From positions 14,446,001 through 14,510,000 of the forward strand of contig JBHGNT010000012.1 in NCBI GenBank assembly GCA_043228905.1: 64,000 nt of DNA. Reading direction: 5' to 3'. The position numbers and the translations under genes were made by a program. The DNA is from Azolla caroliniana. Its lineage: Eukaryota; Plantae; Polypodiophyta. The notes beneath the pieces were generated by a model. The model was given only the letters and a program-made list of their open reading frames with translations. It did not search any database and was not told the DNA's origin. Below are positions 1 through 12,972 of the stretch, in pieces; position 1 is the stretch's first letter, and each line of letters opens with the position of its first letter.

Positions 1-3000
1 AAGAGTTGGTGTGACAAGTGTATCAAATAACCATAGCTTAGTCTGTGGCTCGTGGAACTGCAAATGTGCACATTGTCTTTCAAGAGCACCAAGGGCTGCA
101 TATCCATGAGAAAGTCGGGCACAAGTGGCCTCTTATAAGGAGAACCTAGGTCCTGTAAATGTTACTCCTAGGTATGTGTAGGAGCGTGTGTATTCCACCT
201 TTTCCTCTCCCAAGAAGAATTTTGGTTCTGATCTTGTTACCCATGCTTGGGTGGTGTTAAACACCATCACTTTAGTTTTATTCATGTTGATTGACAAACC
301 TTTGTCCGTACAAAATAGTTGTAAGGCATTTAGATGTCTTTCTAGTCCCTCCGGAGAGTCAGAAATCAGCACAATATCATCAACATATAGTAATATTTGT
401 ATAGCTATACCTGCTAGGTGTGCTCCGGAACCACCAAATCTCTCTATGTACTGTGATACCTCATCTATATAGAGATCGAAGAGTGTGGGGGATAGTGGGC
501 ATCCTTGATTCACGCCAATTGTGCTAGCCACCGCCTTTGACAAGCCCTTAAGAGACCGAACTTTTCTTGAAATAGATTCAAAGAGTGCATAGATTCCCCA
601 TTGCATATCTATAGGAACACCAATGGCCTCTAGCCGCTGCATAAGCCAAGCACGTGGCACAGTGTCAAAGGCTTTTCGAAAATCCACAAAGCAACAATAA
701 ATCCTCTTATTGTGGGCTCTGCCCTCCTCAATAAGGGCCCGGAGGGTGAATATGTGATCCAAAGTTGTGAAACCCTTCCGAAAGCTTGCCTGTCCAATTG
801 AACGGCAGCCATTTTGCTCTGCCCATATACTCAATTCTGATAGTTTAGCCAAGTAATGGCCAAACATGATTGTCCTATAGTTGCTTGGCATCATGGGGTC
901 TCCACTCTTGAGGATTGGCACAATGGTATGCTGAGTCCATCTAGTAGGAAAACCTTCGCACATGGCTCTATTAAATATGTGTGCTAGCAATGGGAGCAAG
1001 GTGTCACGGGCATAGATAAAGTGTTCACCCACCAATCCATCATGATCTTGGGCATTCCCAAATTGTAGCCTATCAATGGCATTTCTTACATTTTGTGGTG
1101 TAAAGAAGGTTCATTCATGTGGGCGTGAGGCATTCGGGTGGGGAAGAGGAGGTTGCCCCAGGATATCATATAGGACCTTTGCATATTCGTGCCACACCTG
1201 AGGTGAGGTCAGTTGTGTGGTGGGTTGCCTCTCATTAAAAAATTTCCATGCTCTTTTACTCTCTCGTCCTAGAAACAAGCGATACAAATGATCTTCAAAT
1301 TTAGCCAAATACAATCTCTTCTTCCTCCTTATGAGGCGTTGGAAGGTTGCTCTCGCTTGGTTGTGTGTATAAATGCCCCAAGTTACATCACATTACAAGC
1401 ATCTCCTTGTATCACGACATTCATCATCATACCAACTATTTTGTATTACTCTACCGAGTTTGGGGGGGTTAGCCGTTGTGTGAGGGAAGGCATTTGTGGC
1501 TGCTTTATGCAATGATTTGGATAAACCTTGGGTAAGTTCTTCAAGGGGTGCGAATGGATCCAAATCTAGCATGCCACTATATACACCACAACTATAGACA
1601 TCAATTGTCTCGCGTGTGAATAGATACCTAGCCAGCCCACTCTCCTTAGCATATACATCCTTTGTGCATCCATCCTTTACCTCAAAGCGTAGATATGCAT
1701 GATCAGCTCCCAAGCCAATAGGTCTTCCTGATATAGTGAACACTTTTATTTCAGGTATAAGAGATAGAGATCCCATTAGATAATCGGTTGTGCTTGTACC
1801 CCCTTTTGGGTTTCAACATGTCAAAGCATCTGATCTAGGCCATTGTAACAAGCCATTATATATCACAAGTTCATGCGCGCTTCCCAAGGCTAGAAAGTGT
1901 TTTCCGTATTCAGTTATAGCACTCATATCTTGAGCTTTTCTCTTTAGACCAACCTCTTCCGCCATAACTTCTCCATAGAAAGCCTCATCGGTGTTAAATA
2001 TAGTTGTTTGTTCATCCTTGGTTCATGCATTAAAATCTCCTAATAGTATTATAGTCCCCATAGTAGCAAATCTTATGATATCATCATATAGTGGTAGATA
2101 TGGTGAGTCACCTAGAGGTGCAAACCTTGAATAGGCAGGTGGAAAGTAGCAAATTGCAATATATAGCTCCCTAAGATCCCCTCTTTTTATGCATATCCAC
2201 ATGTAGCATGCATCCACATCCTTATGTACAACATGCACTCTACCATGGAGCTCCTCTTTGTATAGCATAGCCACTCCTCCCGAACCTCTAATGCTTCCTC
2301 ATGTCCGAGGTTGGGGGCGACATATTGACTCCCATCTGTATCCTTGTACCTCGGGGAGTTTGCTAGCCATACATTGGTGAGTCTCTGTATACATAGCAAT
2401 ATCTGTGTTTTTCAATGTATCTTCAAAATATCCAACATCTGTCCGTAGAGAGCCATTGCAATTCCATATGGTCATGCGTAGGGTCTCATAGGCCATATAT
2501 CATCATGCGGTTCTCTTCTCTGTAATAATGACCTTGCCGTCTCTATATACGGCCCATTTACCTTCCTTTCTTGCATCAAGCACTCGTGGCATGTTTTCTT
2601 TGCGGTGTGCCACTTGGGCTGGAGTGAGATCGTCATCTAAGTATATCTTTTCACCCTTGAGTGCCTTTCTTTTAGAGAGGAAAGCTTTTTTCTTGTCAAC
2701 ATCCATGAAGTGGATGATAAGGGCTTTAGCTCTAGACTCATCTCTTCCCACTCTCCACGCCGAAGCAAATGGAATATCTAATGCTCCAATCTTTGTTGCG
2801 AGATTCTTGGCATCTTCTTGTGGATTTCCCTTTTCGGCCCAACCAACCACTCGTACATGCAACGCATGAGCTTTCCTCTTGGCTTCTTCTTCTAAAGTAG
2901 CATTCATCATTGCCATCCTATCCATGGATGTTCCTTTTTGCTTTTTTACTACCTCTATCCAAGGAGCATTTGCTTTAATTTCGTTTTGGGCGTGCTCGGC

Positions 3001-3460
3001 TTGAGCTTTGGCATCTTTGGCAATGTCTGCCCATGTTTGCATTTCCTTCGTGACATTGGCTTTCACTGTAGAGATGCATCTTTCCACTGCTTCTTGTCCT
3101 TTTTCGAAATCCACTTTTATAGCTCCTAAGTCAACCTTACTTGAGGATATTTTATCCTTAAGATATTGTGTCATGTCATCCTTGAGCTCTAAGTGTGATT
3201 TCTCCACATGGCTTATTATGTCTTTCCGCATCTCTTCTAATAACTCAGCCTTGATAGAGGCGTACAATTATGATTTCTGTTTCTCTATCTCCTTTTTCAT
3301 TTCTTCCTTTAGTGCTATTTCGATATCTTCTTTAATAAGGTTGATCTCTTGCGCAATCAAATGGCGTAAAAGATCATGTTTCTCATTTTTGACATTGAAT
3401 GGAATGTCAGATGTATCAATGGCCTTGTCCACGAATGTTGGAGCTGCTCCACTGTGCATT
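1..3460 (-). mobile_element. Non-LTR retrotransposon (RTEX-like LINE), degenerate; ORF1 + APE endonuclease + RT; runs off the left edge
   Basis: ORF1-like 2503-3460 (coiled coil then KIYLDDDLT...GKWAVYRDGKV; in-frame stop at 3268). APE motifs TIWNCNG, YTETH, ILLGDFNA and DH in ORFs at 1393-2496. RT motifs CFVDFRKAFDTV, GVNQGCPLSP, LYVDD and YLGV in 133-1035. Multiple stops/frameshifts. Confidence 0.93.
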
Positions 3461-6320
3461 TGCCCACCTCCATTGTCTGATGGAAAGCTAGATGGAACCA
3501 ACTACATTCTATGGAAGTTCAAAATGTCTGCCATTTTGGACTCCTATGAGTTGTTGGAGACAATCATGGGGCCCACAAGAGGAGACCCTGAGCCCATGGC
3601 GACCTTTGACCCTACACACCCTACCACATCAATCCCTCCCAATGTTGATCTACTTTGAGCCTAGAAGAGGAGTGTTGATGCATTGTGTACCATAGTCACT
3701 GATGTATGTGACTCTGTACTAAATTAGTGCAACATACAACTAGGGCACATGAAGCTTGGAGCATATTGGCCAGCTAGTATGAAACTAGAAACTATACAAG
3801 GATACAAAACCTCGAAAATCAGCTTGCTGCAAAGAAGCTTGCTGATGGAGAGAAAGTAGAATCCTTTGTAAAATGGATTAAGGATCTTCAAGATCAGCTA
3901 GCGGTTGTTGGAGTAGTCGTCTCTCTAGAGGATATGGCTTGTCGGTGCATTCGAGTACTTCCTTTCAAGTATGATGGCATTGTGACAGCATTGAACACTC
4001 AGGTTTGACCCACTCCTTTAAAATTTGATGAACTAAGTGTGTAATGTTGCTTGAAGAGGAGCTTTGGCTGAAGACAAGAGAAAGAAGGGAAGATTTAGCA
4101 TTTGTCTCTAGGACTAAGGTTAAAGGGGCATCCAATTCAAACAATGCGAATAGGATACCAAAGAAGAAAAAATTCAATGGATCGTGTTTCCACTGTGACA
4201 AGAAGGGTCACACAATCAAGGATTGTCGGAAGAAGATGGTGGATGAGAAGAATGGTTCTAGTAAGACTTCTTGGAGAGAGCCCAAGTCCGCCAACAACAT
4301 CATAGATGAGCTTGAGTTATGGGTCGCAATTGAAGAAGTGTGTTCTTCAATTGAAACTCAAGTTGTCGACGACTCTTGGATTCTTGATAGTGGAGAGTCC
4401 CAACATATGACTAGTAATCGTGACTGGTACAGCTCTTGGACATCTCTAAAAGAGCCCATCAATGTTGTGGTCGGGAACAATGCTCGATGTCTAGCCAAAG
4501 GAACCGGAATTGTCCCCCTCAAAGCAACGACTGGCGGGACAAAGCATCTCTCAAGTGTTGTACGTGCCAAATCTCAAGAAGAATCTATTGTCCATTTCTA
4601 CACTAACCGACAAGGGTCTTGATGTTCCATTCAAGAAGTCGGGTGCAAAAATAACAGATTCTGGTGGCAAGGTTGTAGGAATAGGGGTACGGCGCAACAA
4701 TCTCTATGAGTTGAGCACGTTTACAATTTCTACTAACCACAACACTGTTAGGTGTAAAGGCCCGTAGTTCACACATTAGGTAATTATTCATATATGTGAA
4801 CACATTGTTCACCTAGACAAGACACCTTCTTTTGTAATGTGAACACATCTCTTTGTTTGTAGGGCTAACTAATATAATAAACTTTTTCTTTCTTGTGTAC
4901 CAATCAATGCGATTGGGTACACCAAAACAATCTGTGTGTCTTTACTCTCATCTCCCTACTTGAATGTTCACATTAGACCTTTAAGTGGGAGGTTGTTAGG
5001 TGTAAAGGCCCGTAGTTCACACATTAGGTATTTATTCATATATGTGAACACATTGTTCACCTAGACAGGACACCTCCTTTTGTAATGTGAACACACCTCT
5101 TTGTTTATAGGGCTAACTAATATAATAACCTTTTTTTCTTGTGTTCCAATCAAGGCGGTTGGGTACACCAAAAAAATTTGTGTGTCTCTACTCTCATCTC
5201 TACTATAGTCCTTTTTTTGTTGAACGTCATCTCTCAATAGCTGCTCCCTCAAACATCCCTCTTTACCTTTAACAAGTACTAACACAAATCAATGGCATGA
5301 GAGATTTGGGCATCTCAATGTTGTTGTGTTGAAGGAGATGAAGAAGTCGAATATGGTAGTTGGGTAGCCAACCCTATTTGACTTAAGTCATGTTTGTGAT
5401 GCTTGTATGATGGGCAAGCATCAAAGATCAGCCATTCCAAAAGAGAGTCAAAATCGGACAAAGACTCCTCTACAGCTAATACACATCAACCTCTTTGGAA
5501 AAATGGTGACTTCTACAATGGGTGGATCTCTCTACTATATGCTGCTAGTCGACGATGTCAGTAGAAAGATGTGGGTTTACTTCCTTCGGGAGAAGGCTGA
5601 AGCTTTTAAAATCTTCAAAAGATGACATAAGTTTGTCAAGCGAGGGTCTGGAAAGTTAGTGAAGGAGTTACGCTCAGATCGAGGTGGAGAATTCTTATCT
5701 ATAGAATTATGTGAGTATTGCAAAGAGCATGGAATTAAGTGCCTACACCCCACAACAAAATGGTGTTGTCGAATGTCTAAACCAAACAATTGTCGAGATG
5801 GCTAGGTGTATGTTGAAGGCACAAGCATTACCTGACCCATTCTGGGTTGAAGCAGTGAATACAACAGTTTACATCCTCAATCAGAGCTATACGAAGGCAC
5901 TTCAAGGGAAAACACCTCAAGAAGCTTATTCAGGCAAGAAACCTTCAGTGCTGCACTTCAGAACCTTTGGGTGTACATGCTACGCACATGTTCCAGATGT
6001 GAGCAAAAAGAAGTTGGATGCTAAAAGCAAGAAGTGTATCTTTCTCGGATATAGTGAAGAGTCAAAGGCCTATCGACTCTACGATGTAGAGGCAAGAAAG
6101 ATATTGACAAGCCATGATGTGATGTTCAATGAGGAACGACCACAGCTAGCTGAGAACAAGTTATCTCATCAATGAAGAAGTATTCCACCCAATCTTGACC
6201 CACTGTCCAAAAAAGGAAGCCGAACCATCTGTTGGTAATGGCTCGATAGTTCAGCCTATGCCAGTCCCACATGTAAAGAAAATACCTAAGTGGGCTAAAC
6301 AACTCTTCAATGACAGTCCC
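3461..6320 (+). mobile_element. Ty1/Copia internal fragment (gag, protease, integrase), degenerate; no RT or own LTRs visible
   Basis: KLDGTNYILWKFKM gag start, zinc knuckle CFHCDKKGHTIKDC, protease WILDSG, WHERFGHLN, integrase RSDRGGEF / AYTPQQNG / KLDAKSKKCIFLGY. Cut by LINEs at both ends. Confidence 0.92.
4747..5274 (+). mobile_element. Internally deleted LTR element (partial 5' LTR + PPT + full 3' LTR) inserted in the Copia pol
   Basis: Direct repeats 4747-~4960 and 4994-5274, both starting TGTTAGGTGTAAAGG; the second ends TTAACA. Purine tract AAGTGGGAGG precedes the second copy. The Copia frame resumes after 5274. TSD is poor (AACAC/AGTAC). Confidence 0.8.
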
Positions 6321-7045
6321 TAAAGAGGAAAGGTTGTGTAGGTTATGTCACAAAGAGATAGAAGATGAACATCACTTTACATGTAAATGTCCAACTTATG
6401 CCAAGATAAGCGAAATACCAAAACATACTAGGACCCTCTCCCACCCTCTCCAAGCTATTAGATACTCTGGATATAAAGAGACTAGGTAGGTATATCTTAG
6501 AGCTAAAACAACATAAGGAGAATAAATTACAAACTGTTAATGATAACCCTTTTAATATCCACCAACATGAAACTAATGTGATTTTTTTGGAACAAGGGGA
6601 GACAATAAATGTGGACACACCTACGCCACTCGGCCTCTCTCGATGAAATGGAAATGCAAAGAACAACCAAACGCCCTCGGATGTTGAGCTTCAAAGCAAC
6701 TCGACGAGGAGTGGGAACAATTAAGAAGATAAGGGAATGTGAGCTATGCCACCTAGAAGCTATGGTTGGGGTACCTCTTACATTGGGACCACAATCCACA
6801 TCCGCATCGAAACCCTTTGACCTCCTGCTTCTTTTCAAGAGACTTGGATGGAAATGAAGCTAAGCCTAGTATAAAGCCATTTCCTTATAAAACATGTTTT
6901 TTTACTAGAACCATTTAGCTTAAGCTCTTCTTCTTCTTCTTTTTTCTTTCGATGAATAGGTAAATACCCCATTTTTGTTGTAATCCAATTGTCTCATGGG
7001 CCAATTTTGGCCTTAAAAGACGTTAATATAGCTTTCTTCTTTCTG
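6320..7045 (+). mobile_element. 5'-truncated LINE 3' end, same family as 42346-44850
   Basis: Colinear with ~44085-44835: CRLC...HFTCKC zinc finger, ...LLFKRLGWK stop, 3' UTR stem-loop and TTTC tail. Confidence 0.9.
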
Positions 7046-7301
7046 TCATACATGCATAAGCACTAGCAACTACCACATGTCTGCTCGTCTTTCGTCTATC
7101 CACACCCTCGTACATACATAAGCACATATGTGACTAGCCATGCTCAAACTATCTTGCTTGCATCCTTGCCTTTCATGTCCCATGTGTGTAATGCATTAAC
7201 TGATTACCTCCTCGCAGATAGTCGAATGCCGAGCAATTGTTTTGGAGAAATAGGAATCATGAGGTGCCCATTTGTTGAGTGGTTCGTCAATACATAGACT
7301 T

Positions 7302-7431
7302 CAGGAATCAGCAACGGTTCGGTTTCGGCTTAGCCAGTTTGGCCTTGTCCAACTGGTTAAGCCTTAAAACGGTTTGACGGTTCGGTTTGGCAACTGAGTT
7401 CAGGTTTGCGCCAAGCCGTTGTCTACTCCTA
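7302..7431. mobile_element. Short degenerate MITE related to the hAT-like MITE at 53846-55145
   Basis: Ends CAGGAATCAGCAACGG ... CCGTTGTCTACTCCTA resemble the TIR TAGGGATTGGCAACGG; same GGTTCGG/GGTTTGG subterminal repeats. No clear TSD. Confidence 0.6.
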
Positions 7432-7472
7432 GTCTTTAGATATACTTCTACTCTCTCTTCAAAAATTAGTCA

Positions 7473-10400
7473 TGGGTTCGATTCCTCTCTCCAACTTTCA
7501 GAGGCGTTTTTAGATCCCTGTTTCTAGAAGGAAAACTCAAAGATATATTGCAAGGAAGCCGTCTTTCACACACTGAATCTTTCACCTATTGCAGAAATGC
7601 ATCAAGGAATAGGACGCTATTGCCATAAGGTCTCTGCATTCTATTGCTGTTATCCATCAGCTTGATTCCATCTCCATCTCCAATCTTTTGATTCAAGCGT
7701 TTGGTTCGTGTGGTAGCTTGCTAGAAGTGAACTTGGTTTTTTCTGGAGTATTGACACCATGTATTTCTACATGGAATTCTCTTGTTTTAGCACAAATTAA
7801 CCATGGAAAAGCTCTGAGAGCTCTTCAATTTTACTATGAATCTCGTCGATCGAGTGGGTTCAAGCGAAACCGTGGTTTATATCCCTGTATAATAAAAGCT
7901 TGTGCAAAGCTAGGGGATTTGGAGCAAGGAAATTTGATCCATATTCATGTGCTTTGTGATGAATTTGAATCAGATGTTATTATAGGTAGCTCTTTGATTG
8001 ATATGTATGCTAAATGTGGAAGCATTGAAGATGCACGAAAAGTTTTCAATGATTTGCCTAATAGAAATGTGGTAACATGGAATGCTATGCTTACTGGATA
8101 TATACAACAAGGAGATGGCTTCTCTGCCCTTGACCTCATAAAGAAAATGCATGTTGACGGCATTCAACCTGACAAAGTATTATATTTGTGCATTCTCCAA
8201 GCATGCAGTGGTATAGGTTCTTTGTATGAAGGTAGACTCACACATGATCAGATTATAAGAGAAAAGATCAGTCTTGATTCACTTCTCGGAAGCACCCTTA
8301 TCGACTTGTATTCAAAGTGTGGAAGCTTAGAAGATGCTTGTAAAGTTTTTGAGAACTTCACACATAAGAATATGGTTTCAATGGGGGCGATGGTTGCTGC
8401 ATATGTTCATCATGAACAAGACATGTGTGCACTCAAACTATTCTATGAAATGCAAGAAATCAATTTAAACCCAGATAAAGTTACGTGCCTTTGTCTCCTA
8501 AGAGCATGCAGCAACATTCATTCATCTATTCATGGGAAGGTTCTACACGATTATCTCATCAGGAACAACATGGAATCAGATGTAATGGTTGCGAGTACAC
8601 TTATGAGCATGTATTGTAAGTGTAGAACCGTGAGTGAGGCTCGACATGTTTTCAACACTTTGAAGAATCGAGATGTTGTCTCATTTGGTGTGATGATTAC
8701 CGGTTATGTTCAGCAAGGTCTTTGTCATCTGCACTTGAGTTGTTCTGGAAAATGGAAAAGTCAGATGAAGCTGCATTTGTTTGGAGTTTACAAGCTTGCA
8801 CTTTAGATGAGGGGTACCTTATTCATTGCCAAGCTGTTAGAGATGGGATGGAACTGTATCCAGCTCTTGTAAGAGCTCTTATTGATATGTATGGTAGGTG
8901 CAAATGTTTGACGGAAATGGACGATGCATTCCATAGTTTGTCAAACAAGAACATTCTATTATGGAGTGCAATCATCGCAGGCTATGCCAAGCAAGGGTAT
9001 CCATCCAAGGCTTTGTTCATGTTTGATAAATTGCAAGAGGAGATGGTATTGCCAGACAAAATCACATATTTATATGCCATGAAGGCATGCATTGATGCAG
9101 AAAGTTTGGAGAAAGGGATGCAGTTATACTGTCAAATAGTGAGCTTCGGACTTGAGTCTGATCTAGGTATCGGAAGCACATTGATTGATATGTTTTCAAA
9201 ATGTGGAAGCTTGAGAGAAGCACATGCTGTTTTCAATAGTTTGCCACAGCAGAATGTTGTGATATGGAGTGTTTTGGTGTCTGGTCATGCGCAGTCTGGA
9301 CATATTTCTGTGGCATTTGAATTGCTCAATGAAATGCAAGAAAAGGGAGTCTATCCTGATACAGTCATATTTTTATGCCTTTTGAGTGTGTGTCCCTCTT
9401 TTGGCACAGTTGCACGATGTAAGCTCATACACGATCAAATAGTGAAACATGGATTTCATTTGGATGCGGTTCTAGGGAACTCTCTTGTTGATTTTATGGT
9501 AAGTGTGGTTATATTATGGAAGCTCGAAGAGTATTTGATAGATTGTCTAATCGAGATATCATCTCATGGTGCTCGATCATCTCAATATATGCAGAAAATG
9601 GAGTTATATCTACCGTCCTCCAGCTTTTTAAGACTATGCAGAAGGAGACCATTCAGCCCAATGAAGTGATACTTTTATGTGTTATTAAAGCATGCTGTAA
9701 TGAAGAAGCCCTGCAAGAAGGAAGATCGACTCATCATGGAATTATACACAGAGGATTGGGGTCAGATGTGGTCCTTGGAAGGGCTCTTATTGGCATGTAC
9801 TCTAAATGTGGGTGTGTTGATGATGCATATGGCGTATTTAATTCTTCAAAATATCATGATGTTGTATCATGGACTGCCATGATGACAGCATTCACGCAGC
9901 ATGGAGAGGATTTCTCTGCGCTTGAGCTTTTCCACAAGATGAAAGAAAACAGAATAGAACCTAATGCGGCATCCTTTCTTGGTGTGGTAAAAGCATGTGG
10001 TAATATTGGAGCTGTAGCTCAAGGACAGTTGATACATAATTTGATTATGAAAAGTGAATTCTATTCAGATGGATACCTTGGCAATGCTTTAATTTATATG
10101 TATGCAACCTTTGGAAGGTTAAAAGATGCATTCAAGGTTTTTTCAACATTACCTGAACAAGATAGGATTTCTTGGGAAGATCTCATTGGTGAACTTTCCC
10201 AACAGGGAAATTTTGATCTGGCTAGGAGATGCTTTGAAATAATGCAGCAGAAAGGGCTTGTTCCTCAGGATACAACTTATTCTAATATACTTTCAGCTTG
10301 CAGTCATGGTGGTGAGGTAAATGAAGGAAATATTTACTTCAAGCATGGTGGGGATCAAGAGGTTGAAAAGTGTACAAAGACCAAGCATTTTAACTGCATG

Positions 10401-10883
10401 ATTGATCTTTTTGGCTGTGCAGGATGTCTAGAGGCAGCAGAAGGGATGCTTTTAAGCATGCCGAACAATCCTGACATAATTGGTTGGATGACTTTATTGT
10501 CTGCCTGTAAAATGCATGGACGTGTAGATTTAGGGAAGCGATGCTTCCAGCATGAAGCAGCTGGTTATGCACTAATGTCAAGCATATACAATGATGCTCA
10601 ATTATCAGAAGATGTAGATGGAATATTTGATCTAACCAAAAGTTTGGGAGCTTGGAAAATACCAGGGCCAGTATGGATTCAACTGGACGATAACCTGGAC
10701 AAGTTCATAGTAGGAAATGATAGTTTTGACCACCATGTAGGTGACCAAAGCCAAGGTTCTGTAGATGGATTCAATATCATGCTTACGAGGGATGGAGGAT
10801 GTATCCCATGTATAGATTCTGTATTGGAAACAATGCAAGGATCATGTAGATTGAAAAAGTCTCCGGACATTGTCTTCTTCTAA
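7473..10883 (+). pseudogene. PLS-class pentatricopeptide repeat (PPR) gene with E/E+ domain and no DYW; disrupted
   Basis: Tandem P-L-S motifs (LIDMYAKCGSIEDARKVF...VVTWNAM) across overlapping ORFs 7688-8806, 8722-9669 and 9516-10883 in different frames (frameshifts near 8722 and 9497). In-frame TAG near 7610 (LLQKCIKE*DAI). E domain WMTLLSAC...KIPGPVWIQ. Intronless. Start position approximate. Confidence 0.88.
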
Positions 10884-11942
10884 TTACCCTTCAAAACAAG
10901 ATATTGATATCAAGAAATTCAATTTGGATTCTAGTACATGTACTAATATAGTTTCAGATTCTAATGACGAATTCAAAGAGAGCCTGAGACCAAGTCTTTA
11001 TATGTGACTTGCATGTGTTTAACCAAAATAACTTTGTTCTTGTTTGTAGGTGTCTCATTTATAATGACCCACTCCTAACTGACAGCATTGTTTCCCCACC
11101 ATTTTGCACTCAATGAGGACTAACCATCTAAGAATCTTCCTTTACATAATCATGCCAAGTAACATGCGTTCCCCTTCTATTGATAGTTATCCACATCATT
11201 TTAATCATTTGGGACATTTAACTGCCTAGTTAATCTGATGGATGAGATCATAACAATCCAGCACCAGATATTTTCATTCAGAGAACTAAGAAATCAGATT
11301 GCAAAGCATGAGAAATGTATATACCTTTATGTGTGGTTTTTAATTGTTATGTGGTGTTCAAGTCAGACAAAAATGAAGAAATAAACCAAGTTAAGCATAT
11401 GATGTTTGAAAAAGACAAAATCTTCAAGATATCTAGTGGTTGACATCCTTTGCATTTAGAACCAAAGGAACCTTCAAAATTTCAAAGTTGGTTTAACAGA
11501 TTTGTTAGTTTTTGCATGAGATGACAATAGATTCGATAACTAAACCATAAAAAGAGCGCAGCCTTATATGATCTTCAAATATGCAATAACGTTTTCAAGG
11601 ATTGAAGTGGACTATATAAATCTAGAGAAAGCCACAAATCACTTGAATAATAGGGAACAGATGGTCTTGTTAGATTTTTAAGCTTTGATGTGTCAATACA
11701 CTTTCTTTGTTTGTTTTCAAAGGGCGGTTAAAACCATGGCGGAAATCATACACCTGAAACTGTTTCCATAGTTCTGTTTTCCTTTTTCCACCCCCCATCC
11801 AGTCTTGATTAGCCAATACTCTTCCAATGGATTTCCTTGCATTATTTGTGTTTTGGTTGCTAGGAATTGTTTGTCAAGAATCCTTAAAGAAATTCCTCCG
11901 TTACTTTTGTTTGAAATAAATATATTCCATTTGTACATGAAG

Positions 11943-12305
11943 AGGAGATTTCAATTGTTTATGATGGCGAATGTGGTTGTATTTGACCAAGTTGACATTG
12001 AAATTTGCATCACTATTCAAACATGCTCACAAAAAACTGATGACAAAGAGTAATGCTTACAAACACTGTTCCTGTTGCAGCAAGTGGCTCTTTCAAGAAG
12101 TGGGTTATATGAATTTGCAAGCAAAGGAGATTTCAATTGTTATGAATGGTTTTCATGAAGGTGAATGTGATTGATTATATTTGACCTAGTTGATATCGAA
12201 ATTTGCATCGCTATTCAAACATGCTTGCAAAAGCCAATGACAAAGAGTAATGCTAGAAACACTCCTATCGTAGCACATGGCTCTTTCAAGAAGTGGGTTA
12301 TATGG
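11943..12305. repeat. Diverged tandem duplication, ~182-bp period, two copies
   Basis: AGGAGATTTCAATTGTT...GGCTCTTTCAAGAAGTGGGTTATATG occurs from 11943 and again from 12125. Confidence 0.8.
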
Positions 12306-12972
12306 CATATACTTCGGTGAATATTGGTACAATGGGCAATGGGCATCTAATCCTTCAACTCAGCTCAGCTCCTCAAATCTCAAACAACAAATGTTTCGAG
12401 TGAGCATTAACCATATTGCATGATTTTGATGGATTCTCTTGTGAGAAGGTAAAACATGTGATATTTGCATGTCAGGGAGATTGGTTGTCCTGTCAAGGAT
12501 GATTAAGGCATGAAACCCTCAAACCATACACCTCACCAATGTCACTATCTACCCATACATACCATCACGACCATTCATCCGTAGATGCAACACCTTCACC
12601 GATGAAACGACCTATTTATTGCAGTATAGTTACTCTCAGAAATTTACACTGTCACCAATGAATTTATACAAGGGATTCTTCTGATTCTTGTAATTAGTTA
12701 CTCAGGTAAATATGCAAAAGAGGGAAGGACATTTTTCTGTTCTTCCCTTTTATTTGTCATAAAAAATCGAAGGACAAGCTTTGTATTGCATTCAAGTTTC
12801 AAAAAGAATAAAACTGTAAAACTCTAGAGTTGATTGAAAGTTTATGCTTTATCGGAGTTCTCACAATGTGTGATTTTGGTACTTGGACATTTACCACTCC
12901 ATTCTAAATCATGCATGAATTTTTAAGTGTGCAAGGTTAAACAGATATGAAGAATGATTGAAGTCTCTGCAA

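Noticed and set aside
3008-3658. 216-aa ORF suggesting a LINE-Copia fusion protein
   Set aside because: It is the antisense of LINE ORF1 running by chance into the Copia gag start at the insertion junction.
7465-7492. B-box-like GGGTTCGATTCC suggesting a tRNA
   Set aside because: No A-box or cloverleaf upstream; it coincides with the probable PPR start (ATG GGT TCG ATT CCT).
8722-9520. Programmed frameshifting or introns explaining the PPR frame breaks
   Set aside because: No slippery sites or intron-sized gaps: the PPR motifs run straight through 1-2-nt indels, and an upstream nonsense codon is also present.
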